From: Clostridia bacterium
Lineage (GTDB): Bacteria > Bacillota > Clostridia > RUG12999
DNA: 64,000 bases
Direction of reading: 5' to 3'
Assembly (NCBI GenBank): GCA_045648785.1
Contig: JAZROP010000018.1
Coordinates: 4,311-68,310, forward strand
A model generated the notes under the pieces. That model had not been told where the DNA came from. It made no database searches and was given only the letters and a program-made list of their open reading frames with translations. Positions 28,276 through 38,229 of this stretch are shown piece by piece. A program made the position numbers and the translations under genes. The stretch's first letter is position 1. Each line of letters starts with the position of its first letter.

Positions 28276-30480
28276 ATGAAAATTATTATGACGCTAATGA
28301 GCCTTGATATAGGCGGCGCGGAAACCCATGTTGTGGAGCTTTCCCGTCAGCTTGCATCTCAAGGTCATGAAATAATAATAGTTGCGGCACCGGGAGCTTA
28401 CTCAGAGATAGTTTCATCTTACGGAATAAAACTTATCGATGCTCCGCTTGCCAGCCGCGATTTTAAGTCAATGAGCGTGGCTTACAAAATACTTCGCAAG
28501 GTTATCCGCGAGGAAAAGCCTGACATTGTTCATGCTCACGCGAGAATTCCGGCGTTTTTGTGCCATCTTGTGCGCAAAACAGTTAAGTTTAAGTTTGTAA
28601 CTTCGGCTCACGGAACATATTCCACTTCTTTCCCTCTCAAGCTTTTCACTCGTTGGGGAAGCAAAACTCTTGCCGTAAGCGAAGATATCAAGCGATATCT
28701 CAAGGATAATTACGGATTGAAAAGTAAAAATATTATTGTCAGCGTTAACGGAGTGGATACAGACAGGTTTTCGCCTGACACCGCCTATGAAAGCGTTTTG
28801 CCGGAGCTTGGGTTTGACAAAAGTGCAAAACGCATAGTTTATATGAGCAGACTTAACGACGATGTCTGCAAGCCTCTTTTCCGCTTGCTTGAATTTTTCG
28901 AGGAAATTGAAACAAAACATTCCGGTCTTGAGCTTATGGTAATCGGAAACGGAAACTGTTTTGACAAAATTGCCGCAAGGGCAAAGGAAATCAACATCCG
29001 CCTTTCCCGCAATGCTGTAGTGCTGACCGGCGCGCTGACCGATGTCCCAAAATATATAGCCGCCGCCGACATTGGTATCGGTGTTGGCAGAGCAATTCTT
29101 GAGTGTATGTCCATGGGCAAACCGGTAATTGTAGCCGGCGAGGAAGGATATATCGGTATTTTCGATCATAACACCCTTGACATTGCAGTAGAAACAAACT
29201 TTACTTGCCGTCACCGCATGGATATTCATGACGATAGATTCAAGCAGGATTTACTTACTCTGCTTGATATGTCAAACGAACAGAGGCTGACTCTTGGTGC
29301 TTACGGCCGTAGCATTATTAAAGAAAAATATTCGCTCAGCAGTATGCTAAAGGACAATCTTGCCCTGTACGAAATGGTTTCCGGTCCCAAAAAATATGAC
29401 TGCACCATTCTCGGTTATTACGGATTTAAAAACAGTGGCGACGATGCTCTGCTTTATGCTATGATAAACTCACTTCGCGAAATTTATCCGGACATTAAAA
29501 TCAATGTTTTATCCTTTAATCCAAGGGAAACCTCAAAAATTTACGGCGTTGATTCTCTGTCGAGATACAACATATTCAAAACTCACCAGGCAATAAAAAA
29601 TTCTGAGCTTTTTATTTTGGGTGGCGGTAGCCTTATCCAGGACGCAACCAGTACCAAATCCCTGCTTTATTATCTCTGGATGGTGCGCCGTGCAATCCGA
29701 ATGAAAACGCCAGTAATGCTTTACGCTAACGGCATCGGCCCTGTTACAAAACCTAAAAACAGAAAGCTCACAAAAAAAATTTTAAATCGTGTTAATCTGA
29801 TTACCCTGCGTGACGCAAATTCTCTCGCAGAACTTAAAAGTCTGGGCGTTAACAAGCCCGAATCGGTTGTAACCGCCGACCCGGTTTTTGCAGCCCAGGT
29901 AAGAAATCCTGAAAATGCGGCAAATCTGCTTAAAGAAGCGGGGCTTGGCGAAAATGAAAAGATCGCTCTTTTCTCCGTCCGTAAATGGCGTGATTTTCCG
30001 GGGGATTTTGATGATACCTTTGCAAAAATGGCAGACTATATTGCTGAAAAACATGGACTTACGCCCGTATTTCTGCCCCTTCATTATCCGTTTGATGCCT
30101 CGGTGAGCAGAAATATTATTACAAAAATGAAAAACCGTGCACTTTTCATTTCTGGCAGAACAGACATTGCCACAACCTTAAGCATTGTGGAAAAAAGCAG
30201 TCTGACGGTTTCTGTTCGTCTGCATATGCTGATTTACGCCACCCTTTCCGGTGTGCCCGGGATAGGTATTGCCTATGACCCCAAGGTTGTAGGTTTTCAG
30301 AGCTGCGTTAATCAGCCTTCCATTAATCCGTCTGATTTTACAGATGGTGCATACGAGAAAATTATTGACGAGACCCTTTTCGACATAGAGGAAACGAGCA
30401 AAAATATTCTCGAAAGTGCAGCTAAACTTAAAAAGGCTGCCGACAAAACTGCCCTTTTAGCTGAGCAGATGATGAGGTAG
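28276..30480 (+). CDS. csaB: Fusion of a GT4 glycosyltransferase and polysaccharide pyruvyl transferase CsaB
   Basis: N half: GGAETHV, PDIVHAHARIP, ECMSMGKPVI; C half: GYYGFKNSGDDALL, GGGSLIQDATSTKSL.YY, RLHMLI, YDPKV. Confidence 0.88.
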   Translation: MKIIMTLMSLDIGGAETHVVELSRQLASQGHEIIIVAAPGAYSEIVSSYGIKLIDAPLASRDFKSMSVAYKILRKVIREEKPDIVHAHARIPAFLCHLVRKTVKFKFVTSAHGTYSTSFPLKLFTRWGSKTLAVSEDIKRYLKDNYGLKSKNIIVSVNGVDTDRFSPDTAYESVLPELGFDKSAKRIVYMSRLNDDVCKPLFRLLEFFEEIETKHSGLELMVIGNGNCFDKIAARAKEINIRLSRNAVVLTGALTDVPKYIAAADIGIGVGRAILECMSMGKPVIVAGEEGYIGIFDHNTLDIAVETNFTCRHRMDIHDDRFKQDLLTLLDMSNEQRLTLGAYGRSIIKEKYSLSSMLKDNLALYEMVSGPKKYDCTILGYYGFKNSGDDALLYAMINSLREIYPDIKINVLSFNPRETSKIYGVDSLSRYNIFKTHQAIKNSELFILGGGSLIQDATSTKSLLYYLWMVRRAIRMKTPVMLYANGIGPVTKPKNRKLTKKILNRVNLITLRDANSLAELKSLGVNKPESVVTADPVFAAQVRNPENAANLLKEAGLGENEKIALFSVRKWRDFPGDFDDTFAKMADYIAEKHGLTPVFLPLHYPFDASVSRNIITKMKNRALFISGRTDIATTLSIVEKSSLTVSVRLHMLIYATLSGVPGIGIAYDPKVVGFQSCVNQPSINPSDFTDGAYEKIIDETLFDIEETSKNILESAAKLKKAADKTALLAEQMMR

Positions 30481-30484
30481 CGCA

Positions 30485-30892
30485 ATGAAATATATAGGTA
30501 TCGATTACGGCAAAGCAAGAATTGGTGTTGCAAAAAGTGATGCACTTGGGTTTTTAGCAAGTCCCGTCGGCACAATTCATGAAAAAAATTTCAGAATTCA
30601 GCTTGACAAAGTTTGCGAAATAATAGAATTGGAAAAACCGGACAAAATAATATTCGGTCTTCCTAAAAATATGGACGGAACAGAGGGCGAATCCGCTGAG
30701 CTTATAAGGGAATTTTCCGGTAAGCTCACTGAGCGTACAGGTGTTCCTCACGAGCTTGTGGATGAACGGCTGTCAACCGTTTCTGCCCACAGAATTTTAA
30801 ATGATGTGAATATGTCCGGCAGTAAAAAGCGCAGAGATGTTGTAGATACTGTTTCTGCCGTTATAATTCTGCAGTCATATTTAGATAAATAA
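30485..30892 (+). CDS. ruvX: YqgF/RuvX RNase H-fold nuclease
   Basis: GIDYGKARIGVA; GLPKNMDG; DERLST; DTVSAVIILQSYL. Confidence 0.95.
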   Translation: MKYIGIDYGKARIGVAKSDALGFLASPVGTIHEKNFRIQLDKVCEIIELEKPDKIIFGLPKNMDGTEGESAELIREFSGKLTERTGVPHELVDERLSTVSAHRILNDVNMSGSKKRRDVVDTVSAVIILQSYLDK

Positions 30893-30913
30893 AAACGAAG
30901 GGAGATATACAAA

Positions 30914-31219
30914 ATGAGTGAAGAAAACAAAGATTTTATCGCCGAGGAAGAAATGGAAACCGGCATAATTTTAACAGACGAGGATGGAAATGAGGTTGAA
31001 TTTGACCTTCTTGACAATGTTGAATATGAAGGCAATTCTTATCTTATTATGCTTCCCGCGGATGACAACGACGACGGAAATGTTGTCATCATGCTTCTGG
31101 AAGAAGGGGAAACTGAAGAGGATGATACTCTGCTCACAGTTACAGATGAAAAAATTCTTGACGAGGTTTATGCAATTTTCAAAGAAAACAACAAAGATTT
31201 CTTTGATTTTGAAGACTGA
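30914..31219 (+). CDS. DUF1292 family acidic protein
   Basis: ILTDEDGNEVEF..VEYEGNSY; usual position after ruvX. Confidence 0.88.
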   Translation: MSEENKDFIAEEEMETGIILTDEDGNEVEFDLLDNVEYEGNSYLIMLPADDNDDGNVVIMLLEEGETEEDDTLLTVTDEKILDEVYAIFKENNKDFFDFED

Positions 31220-31282
31220 TTTGGTGTAAATTTCTATTGTATTTTTGCCTGAAAAATGATATACTTATTTCAGGAAATGAAA

Positions 31283-31472
31283 GTTCGCCCTGCTATGTGC
31301 GTTATGAATGGATTTACTTAAACCAACACTCTTAATACGGGAAGCTATTCTCCGGTTGCGGCGTAAATGCCCCCGCGCTTTTTGGCGTGCCAGGGGACTT
31401 ATAATGTAGCCGGGATTTATCCCACCTGCTTATGCAGGTTTGAGTACACCATGATGACGGCAATGCGGGGTA
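31283..31472 (+). ncRNA. ssrS: 6S RNA
   Basis: About 190-nt intergenic rod with end pairing (CCCTGC..GCGTTATG vs CATGATGACGG..GCGGGG), central CGGTTGC/GTAGCCG arms and ACCTGC..GCAGGT; upstream TTGTAT-17-TATACT promoter. Confidence 0.8.
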
Positions 31473-31497
31473 TATTTTCTAAAAAACAGGAAATACT

Positions 31498-31534
31498 TTA
31501 ATGCAGGACACAAAATGTCCTGCATTAATTTTTC
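31498..31534 (+). terminator. Perfect hairpin after the 6S RNA
   Basis: TTAATGCAGGACA-CAAAA-TGTCCTGCATTAA followed by TTTTT. Confidence 0.65.
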
Positions 31535-31549
31535 ATGCGGAGGTACATT

Positions 31550-31768
31550 ATGATTGATACTATTGCACTGATTCTTGTAATCGTTGGTGCTCTCAACTGG
31601 GGATCTATCGGCATTTTCGGCGTAGATGCGATCGCATGGCTGTTTGGCGGTCAGCTTTCGGTAATCAGCCGTATTATCTACACTCTTGTAGCGCTGGCAG
31701 GTATCTGGTCAATTTCCCTTCTTTTCAGAGACGAAAAGGAAACCAGCTATTCCCCGGACAGAAAGTGA
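31550..31768 (+). CDS. DUF378 (YuzA-like) small membrane protein
   Basis: IALILVIVGALNWG.IG..SRIIYTLV; start after GGAGG. Confidence 0.9.
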   Translation: MIDTIALILVIVGALNWGSIGIFGVDAIAWLFGGQLSVISRIIYTLVALAGIWSISLLFRDEKETSYSPDRK

Positions 31769-31812
31769 AAAAATGCTGTGACAAACAAAACTTTTTGTCA
31801 CAGCATTTTTAT
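31769..31812. terminator. Bidirectional terminator
   Basis: AAAAATGCTGTGACAAA..TTTGTCACAGCATTTTT between convergent genes. Confidence 0.75.
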
Positions 31813-31813
31813 T

Positions 31814-33079
31814 TTAATTAAGTGCTTGTTTAATATCTTCTATAATATCATCCGCACTTTCAATACCTACGGAAAGTCTGATTAAATCAGGGTTTACTCC
31901 CGCCTCTTCCAGCTGCTTTTCACTAAGCTGACGGTGAGTGTGGCTTGCAGGATGAAGCAGACATGTTTTTGCGTCCGCAACATGCGTAACAATAGAAACA
32001 AGATTGAGCTTATCCATAAATTTAATGGACTCTTCTCTGCCACCTTTTACTGCAAACGCAAGAACACCACAAGTACCTCCCGGCATATATTTTTTTGCCA
32101 GTTCATGATAAGCATCACCCTCAAGGTCACCATAATGAACCCATGCTATCTTATCATGAGATTTTAAGAATTTTGCAACTGCAAGTGCGTTTTCGCAATG
32201 TCTGTCCATTCTCACATGAAGAGTTTCAAGTCCGAGGTTGAGATAAAAAGCGTTCTGAGGGGACTGAATTGCGCCAAAATCTCTCATGAGTTGAGCTGTC
32301 GCCTTGGTTATATATGCACCTTTGCCAAATCTTTCCGCATATGTAATTCCGTGATAAGACTCATCCGGTGTTGTAAGTCCGGGGAATTTATCTGCATGTG
32401 CCATCCAGTCAAAATTGCCACTGTCTACAATGCATCCGCCAACGCCTACACCCTGACCATCCATATATTTGGTGGTGGAGTGAGTTACAATGTCAGCGCC
32501 CCATTCAAAAGGTCTGCACTTTATTGGAGTTGCAAATGTATTATCAATAATAAGCGGTACGCCGTGAGAGTGTGCAAGGCGTGCAAATTTTTCAATATCC
32601 AGCACTGTTACCGTGGGGTTTGTTACAGTTTCGCCAAACAGAGCCTTTGTATTGGGTTTGAAGTATTTTGCAAGCTCTTCTTCAGGAAGGTCCTGGTCAA
32701 CAAATGTACATTCAATACCCAATTTTTTCATAGTTACACCGAACAGATTATATGTTCCGCCGTAAATTGCTGAGGAAGCTATAAAATGGTCACCTGCTTC
32801 ACAAATGTTGAAAATTGCAAAAAAGTTAGCTGCCTGGCCGGAGGATGTAAGCATAGCTGCAACGCCACCCTCAAGAGCCGCAATCTTTGCTGCTACCGCA
32901 TCATTTGTAGGGTTTTGCAGCCTTGTATAAAAATATCCTTCCGCTTCAAGGTCAAAAAGCTTGCCCATCTGCTCACTTGTATCATATTTGAAAGTAGTGC
33001 TCTGATAAACCGGAACCTGTCTGGGTTCACCCTGAGAAGGTTTGTAGCCTTCGTGTAAACATTTTGTTTCTATTTTCAT
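31814..33079 (-). CDS. metY: O-acetylhomoserine sulfhydrylase (MetY-like, PLP-dependent)
   Basis: PVYQSTTF; YTRLQNPT; IDNTFATP; HSTTKY; HPASHTHRQL; IRLSVGIE. Confidence 0.9.
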   Translation of the reverse strand: MKIETKCLHEGYKPSQGEPRQVPVYQSTTFKYDTSEQMGKLFDLEAEGYFYTRLQNPTNDAVAAKIAALEGGVAAMLTSSGQAANFFAIFNICEAGDHFIASSAIYGGTYNLFGVTMKKLGIECTFVDQDLPEEELAKYFKPNTKALFGETVTNPTVTVLDIEKFARLAHSHGVPLIIDNTFATPIKCRPFEWGADIVTHSTTKYMDGQGVGVGGCIVDSGNFDWMAHADKFPGLTTPDESYHGITYAERFGKGAYITKATAQLMRDFGAIQSPQNAFYLNLGLETLHVRMDRHCENALAVAKFLKSHDKIAWVHYGDLEGDAYHELAKKYMPGGTCGVLAFAVKGGREESIKFMDKLNLVSIVTHVADAKTCLLHPASHTHRQLSEKQLEEAGVNPDLIRLSVGIESADDIIEDIKQALN

Positions 33080-33172
33080 TTAATTTACCTCCATGGACTG
33101 AATTTAATCATAGCTTAATTCTACCACAGGGCATATAAAAAGTCAACAAAAAAAACGGAGCGCCGCTCCGTT

Positions 33173-33589
33173 TTATTTCACCGCATATTTTCCTTTCACC
33201 ATCACCAAAACATCTGTCTCTGCAGTAATTCCTCTGCCGTCCCCAACCGGTACTATAAGAAGATGGTTTGCAGGCATATCGCTGCCGCTTGGATGGTCAC
33301 CACCTAAGGTAACATCAGAAATTCCACCCTTTTCGGTAGAAAATATTGTTGCTTTACCCTGACGGAGAATCATTTCGCATCCTGCATCTCCGACAAGTTG
33401 CTGTCCTTCCTTAAGAGATACAACGCTAAAGGACATTTCCGTTTTAACAGTATTCAAAAAAACATTGTCAAGATATGATTTTGAAATCAGCGGATCTTCC
33501 TGACTACCGGTGTTTGCAAGCACCGCTGCAGTACAGATTACCACAATAACAAGTCCTGTAATAAGTCCTGTAAAAAAATGTTTTTTCAT
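33173..33589 (-). CDS. Conserved exported hypothetical protein
   Basis: Signal peptide; GSQEDPLISKSYLD; EMILRQG; NHLLIVP..DGRG. Confidence 0.75.
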   Translation of the reverse strand: MKKHFFTGLITGLVIVVICTAAVLANTGSQEDPLISKSYLDNVFLNTVKTEMSFSVVSLKEGQQLVGDAGCEMILRQGKATIFSTEKGGISDVTLGGDHPSGSDMPANHLLIVPVGDGRGITAETDVLVMVKGKYAVK

Positions 33590-33654
33590 TTGTCATATCC
33601 TCCTTAGCCTAAAGATGTCGAATTTATACTGTTTTAGATAATTATACAAAATTA

Positions 33655-34005
33655 CTAAATTTCCGTCAACCCAAAGCTGACGCTGATAGCCTCATTTACA
33701 ACATTCATGAGATTATCATCCAGCCTGCCTATTTTATCCTTAAGGCGGCGTTTATCAATTGTTCTTATCTGCTCCAGCAGAATAACCGAATCCTTTGTTA
33801 GTCCATACTCCTCCGCACTTATCTCAATATGAGTGGGAAGCTTTGCCTTGTTAATCTGCGAGGTAATCGCAGCCGCAATAATTGTTGGGCTGTACTTATT
33901 TCCCACATCATTCTGAACAATTAAAACGGGACGCACTCCACCCTGTTCAGAGCCCACTACCGGACTTAAGTCCGCAAAAAATATGTCGCCTCTTTTTACA
34001 ACCAA
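33655..34005 (-). CDS. ndoA: MazF/PemK-family endoribonuclease toxin NdoA
   Basis: TTG start gives 116 aa; [25 protein letters not shown]; [10 protein letters not shown]; [10 protein letters not shown]. Confidence 0.95.
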   Translation of the reverse strand: MVVKRGDIFFADLSPVVGSEQGGVRPVLIVQNDVGNKYSPTIIAAAITSQINKAKLPTHIEISAEEYGLTKDSVILLEQIRTIDKRRLKDKIGRLDDNLMNVVNEAISVSFGLTEI

Positions 34006-34006
34006 A

Positions 34007-34282
34007 TCAGTCACACTCCGCCAGTTTTTCCTCATAGCATTCTGCCTGCTGGCAGTCTGCAGGGAAACATATTTCGGCGAGTTTGAGATTTATATCAGCC
34101 ATTTCGCGGTAACCATTTTTCATCTGTTCATGAAGGCGTGCCTTTTTCTGCTCTCTAATATAGAACATAACTGCACGCTGAATAAGGCGGCTGCGACTTA
34201 AATTCTCGCATGAAACCAGGTCGTCAACCTCTTGCAGCAGCGTTTCAGGTACGCTGATTAAAATTTTCTTCACTTCTGACAA
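34007..34282 (-). CDS. ndoAI: CopG/RHH antitoxin NdoAI
   Basis: [22 protein letters not shown]; [13 protein letters not shown]. Confidence 0.9.
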   Translation of the reverse strand: MSEVKKILISVPETLLQEVDDLVSCENLSRSRLIQRAVMFYIREQKKARLHEQMKNGYREMADINLKLAEICFPADCQQAECYEEKLAECD

Positions 34283-34373
34283 CCCTTCCGCCCCCTTTCT
34301 CAAATTTAAACATCGGCTTAGTTACATTATACAACGATTTTATGTAAAATGCAAATGTAATTTAATCCAATTA

Positions 34374-35504
34374 TCATTTGAGATATATACGCGGAACTCT
34401 TTTGCCTATCATACACAAAAGCTCATAGCTTATTGTGCCGCACAGCTTTGCGAGAAAATCAAAGCTCGTCGGGCAGCCTGGCTGACCGCCAGCAATTATA
34501 ACCTCATCCTCGACCTTTATATTATTGACATTTGTAACATCTATAATACATTGATCCATACAAATTCGTCCAACAACTTTTGCATTCTGCCCATTAACTA
34601 TAACGCTTGCTTTATTGCTGAGCAGACGAGTGTACCCGTCGGCATATCCGGCGGCTATCGTTGCGGCTTTCATTTTTTTGTCAGGAGCATAAGTTCCACC
34701 ATAGCTTATTTTTTCGCCCGGCTCTATATCAAACACACGGGAAACCGTGCTCTTTACCGTCATTACTGATTTAAGCTTAAGCACCGAAATATCCACCTCA
34801 TCCGACGGCGGCATACCATAGAGTATAATTCCTGGTCGGACCATATTAAAATAATATTCGGGGAAATTCACTATCCCCGCGCTGTTACACGCGTGCTTAA
34901 TCGGTATTTTTATCCCCTGACTTTCAAGTTTGGAAACAAGCCAAATAAATCGTTTCGCCTGCATATCAGTATATTCGCGATTTTCCTCATCGGCACAGGA
35001 AAAATGAGTGAAAATCCCTTCAATTTCAATGCCCGGCAGCTTGCTGATTTTCTCAATTTCCGCTACCGATTCCTCCTTACAGGCAAAACCTATTCTGTTC
35101 ATTCCGCTATCAATTTTTATATGAATTTTCACGGTTTCGCCGCTCCTTGCAGCCTCATCCGAAAAATCCTTGGCTGACTCATAGCTGAATACCGCAGGTG
35201 TGATTTTGGCGTCCACTACTCTTTTTACATCCTCCCGGGCAGTGTAGCCAAGCAGAAGAATAGGGAAATCTATACCATCACTGCGCAGTTTTTCCGCTTC
35301 ATCAACAAAGGCAACCCCCAGCATATCTGCGCCGTTTGCAACAAGCGTCTTTGCGCACTCTGTACCACCGTGTCCGTAAGCATCTGCCTTTACAACAGCA
35401 AGTACTTTTGTTTTTTCACCAACAAAATCCTTTATATTTTCAATATTATTCTTCAGGACGGCAAGATTTACCTCTGCCCATGTTCTTCTGGTGTAATTTT
35501 TCAT
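34374..35504 (-). CDS. alr: Alanine racemase
   Basis: AVVKADAYGHG; KIDSGMNRIG; GYADGY; GRICMDQ. Confidence 0.96.
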   Translation of the reverse strand: MKNYTRRTWAEVNLAVLKNNIENIKDFVGEKTKVLAVVKADAYGHGGTECAKTLVANGADMLGVAFVDEAEKLRSDGIDFPILLLGYTAREDVKRVVDAKITPAVFSYESAKDFSDEAARSGETVKIHIKIDSGMNRIGFACKEESVAEIEKISKLPGIEIEGIFTHFSCADEENREYTDMQAKRFIWLVSKLESQGIKIPIKHACNSAGIVNFPEYYFNMVRPGIILYGMPPSDEVDISVLKLKSVMTVKSTVSRVFDIEPGEKISYGGTYAPDKKMKAATIAAGYADGYTRLLSNKASVIVNGQNAKVVGRICMDQCIIDVTNVNNIKVEDEVIIAGGQPGCPTSFDFLAKLCGTISYELLCMIGKRVPRIYLK

Positions 35505-35513
35505 TGTATTTCC

Positions 35514-36110
35514 TCAAAAATTAAAAATTTCATCTGCAATATCTTTGTTTATTTCAAAAGAAAGGTATTCTATTGCGGTATAGGTTTTACCGTCCCTTCC
35601 TTTAATTTCAAGTGTAACCGGCATCATATCTGCCGCTCGAATTTTCAGTTCTGCCACCGCCTTGTAGGGATTTGCAAGCCCCGTTTCCACCGTAAGAGTC
35701 AGAAATTCTTCTTCTCCTCCCGATTCCATTGCAGCAGTAGTTATTTCACCTTGATAATAAGCGGCAACAACATTTTGCAAAAACATATAATCCACATCAG
35801 TTTTAGGGAGTTGTTCCGCCCGGACAATCTGCCCAGTTAAAGCATTTTTCACACACATGCTGCCATCTGACACAACGGTTACCAGCTCTTGCGATTCTGT
35901 TCTCATTTTATCGGGAGATTTGAAATACTGAACCGCTGTATATTCATTACTATTGCTGTTTGAATAGGATGTAATCTTTACCTCTGCCATAAAAGATGTC
36001 ATATTTGAAAATGTGTCATAACACCGTTTGTTGACATCCGCTGACGGCAATTTCCCGCAACCGCAGAACATACACGCACATAAAATTATGGTGACAATTA
36101 CTTTTTTCAT
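35514..36110 (-). CDS. LolA-like lipoprotein (YdcC/GerS-like)
   Basis: Lipobox-like FCGC; QYFKSPDKMRTE; ends IADEIFNF; position upstream of alr. Confidence 0.7.
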   Translation of the reverse strand: MKKVIVTIILCACMFCGCGKLPSADVNKRCYDTFSNMTSFMAEVKITSYSNSNSNEYTAVQYFKSPDKMRTESQELVTVVSDGSMCVKNALTGQIVRAEQLPKTDVDYMFLQNVVAAYYQGEITTAAMESGGEEEFLTLTVETGLANPYKAVAELKIRAADMMPVTLEIKGRDGKTYTAIEYLSFEINKDIADEIFNF

Positions 36111-36161
36111 ACAAAAAATCCTCCAAATTCAGGTTAACCTTATAATCCGGAGGCTGTTTTG

Positions 36162-37652
36162 TCAGCAGTCCTGATTTTTTATCCTATGAAATGCAACTGG
36201 CAAGCTGTTAATGATATCTGTAGGAAGCATGCTCTCACGACCCAGCTTTTCTGCGGCAATATCCCCGGCAAGCCCATGAATATATGCAGCACAAACCGCC
36301 GCATTTCCCGCTGAAATTCCTCTTGCAAGAAGTGCACCGGCAATTCCCGTAAGAACATCTCCGCTGCCTCCCGTCGCCATCCCGCTGTTACCGGTATGAT
36401 TAATGTACGCCCTTCCGTCGGGCAGAGCAATAACCGTTCCGGCACCTTTAAGCACAAGCGTTATTCCATACTTTTCGGCAAATTTTCTCGCTATACCCAG
36501 GCGGTCAAGCAAAATTTCTTCCACACTAAGCCCTGTCAGTCTCGAAAATTCTCCCATGTGTGGGGTGAGAACAACCTCGCCTTTTTTCTTAGTTAATATA
36601 TTTATATTCGCTGCGATGGCGTTTATTCCATCAGCATCGATTACTGCTGGAATTTCATTTTTAAACAAAAATTCAATTATTTTACATGCATCACATTCCC
36701 GTCCAAGTCCGGGTCCAATAGCAACCGCATTGGCTGTTAAAAGTTTGTTCTTATGTTCAAGTATCAGGTCAGCGTTAATATGATTGCTACACTCAAGCGA
36801 CAGAGTCATCGCTTCGGTGAGTTTTTTCTCGTATATCTCATTTAAGTTTTCAGGTGTAAACAGAGTTACAAGTCCGCAACCACTTTTGAGCGACGCCTCG
36901 CAGCATAAAGTTGCCGCGCCTGTGAACCCTCTGCTTCCGGCAACAACGCACAAACGCCCCATATCTCCTTTATGCGCATCTGTTTTAGCCTCCGGAAGTG
37001 AATTGTTTACAAAATTCCCATCAGTTTCAAAAGTATCACATTCGCCATCAAAAGGAATTCCTATATCAACAGTCACAATTTCTCCGCAGTATTCTCTGCC
37101 CGGATAAACCGAGTGCCCATACTTTTTCAAGCCCAAAGCAACCGTCAAATCCGCTTTTACTGCATTTTTACAGACTGCACCCGTATCCGTGCTGATACCG
37201 CTTGGGATATCTGCAGCCACAATAAATGCACCTGCATGGTTTAGTTTTTCCGTAATGTCTGATTCTACATCTCTGGTAAGTCCCGTCCCAAAGAGTGCAT
37301 CAACTATAACATCATATCCCGTAAAATCCATCAGCTGAATTATGTTTACACCAAGCTTTTTTATAATTTCAAAATTTTTCAGTGAATCAGTCTTAGACGG
37401 CATTCCCAAAGGCAGACAAACATCAGTTTTATAGCCGCTCATGCTGAGTATTCTTGCTACTGCAAGCCCGTCTCCGCCGTTGTTACCTTTGCCGCATACC
37501 GCAAGAATTTTTGAATTTTTATCAAACCTTGCGGTAATTTCATCAGCTATTCGCAAAGCAGCCTTTTCCATAACTGCAAAGCTGTCAATTCCAAGGTCAA
37601 AAACACGTCTTTCAAGCAGGCGCATCTTTTCCGCTGAAACCAATTTATCCAT
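36162..37652 (-). CDS. nnr: Bifunctional NAD(P)HX epimerase/dehydratase
   Basis: GKGNNGGDG; DALFGTG; DIPSG; HKGDMG; GPGLG; DADG; TPHMGEF; GGSGDVLTG. Confidence 0.94.
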   Translation of the reverse strand: MDKLVSAEKMRLLERRVFDLGIDSFAVMEKAALRIADEITARFDKNSKILAVCGKGNNGGDGLAVARILSMSGYKTDVCLPLGMPSKTDSLKNFEIIKKLGVNIIQLMDFTGYDVIVDALFGTGLTRDVESDITEKLNHAGAFIVAADIPSGISTDTGAVCKNAVKADLTVALGLKKYGHSVYPGREYCGEIVTVDIGIPFDGECDTFETDGNFVNNSLPEAKTDAHKGDMGRLCVVAGSRGFTGAATLCCEASLKSGCGLVTLFTPENLNEIYEKKLTEAMTLSLECSNHINADLILEHKNKLLTANAVAIGPGLGRECDACKIIEFLFKNEIPAVIDADGINAIAANINILTKKKGEVVLTPHMGEFSRLTGLSVEEILLDRLGIARKFAEKYGITLVLKGAGTVIALPDGRAYINHTGNSGMATGGSGDVLTGIAGALLARGISAGNAAVCAAYIHGLAGDIAAEKLGRESMLPTDIINSLPVAFHRIKNQDC

Positions 37653-38167
37653 TATTCCTCACCTATTATAATATTTTCAGGTTTAAAGGTTTTCAGAATA
37701 TCCAGCATTTTTCTCGAGGGGTTAACAAGAATTTTTGTTTTTTCCCCTTTAACTGTTGCCGAAATAAAATAAACATCAAATCTATCATCATGAGCAGACG
37801 CATCAATGGTTTTTATAAAAGTTTCATTTTTATCAAGCAGGTTGATTGGCGCCATTTTTTCAATATCTTTCACATTAAAGCTAATAAGGCGCTTTCTCTT
37901 TTTCTTTGACATTATAAGGTCAATATCAATATCTCCGTTCGTAACTGTGTATTCATATTCCTGATTCTGGTTTGTAATTCCGACTGAAATTGCCCACCAC
38001 ATAACAACAACCGCTGCAAAGCCTACGCCTGAAATTATGCTACCCCACACAAATGCGAGATAAAAAAGTGTCCCCGCAAACCCAAGAGTCAGTAGCGGAA
38101 ATATTATTGCATATTCCCTTAATTGTTTTTTTCTTTTTAGCAGACATTCCGTAAACATGTCCATCAT
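37652..38167 (-). CDS. Conserved two-TM protein (DUF6106-like)
   Basis: F.E.L.KRKK, two TM segments, EYEYTVTNGDIDID.I..KKKRKR. Confidence 0.75.
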   Translation of the reverse strand: MMDMFTECLLKRKKQLREYAIIFPLLTLGFAGTLFYLAFVWGSIISGVGFAAVVVMWWAISVGITNQNQEYEYTVTNGDIDIDLIMSKKKRKRLISFNVKDIEKMAPINLLDKNETFIKTIDASAHDDRFDVYFISATVKGEKTKILVNPSRKMLDILKTFKPENIIIGEE

Positions 38168-38229
38168 TTTAAATCATCTCCTACTAAAACTTAAAAGGGC
38201 AACCTGCAAGCTGCCCTTTACCCGGTAAT

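Noticed and set aside
33080-33172. SAM riboswitch or T-box upstream of metY
   Set aside because: Only a terminator, a TTGACT-17-TAGAAT promoter and a very short UTR are present.
33655-34282. Novel or mobile toxin-antitoxin system
   Set aside because: alr-ndoAI-ndoA is a well-known conserved chromosomal arrangement in Bacillota.
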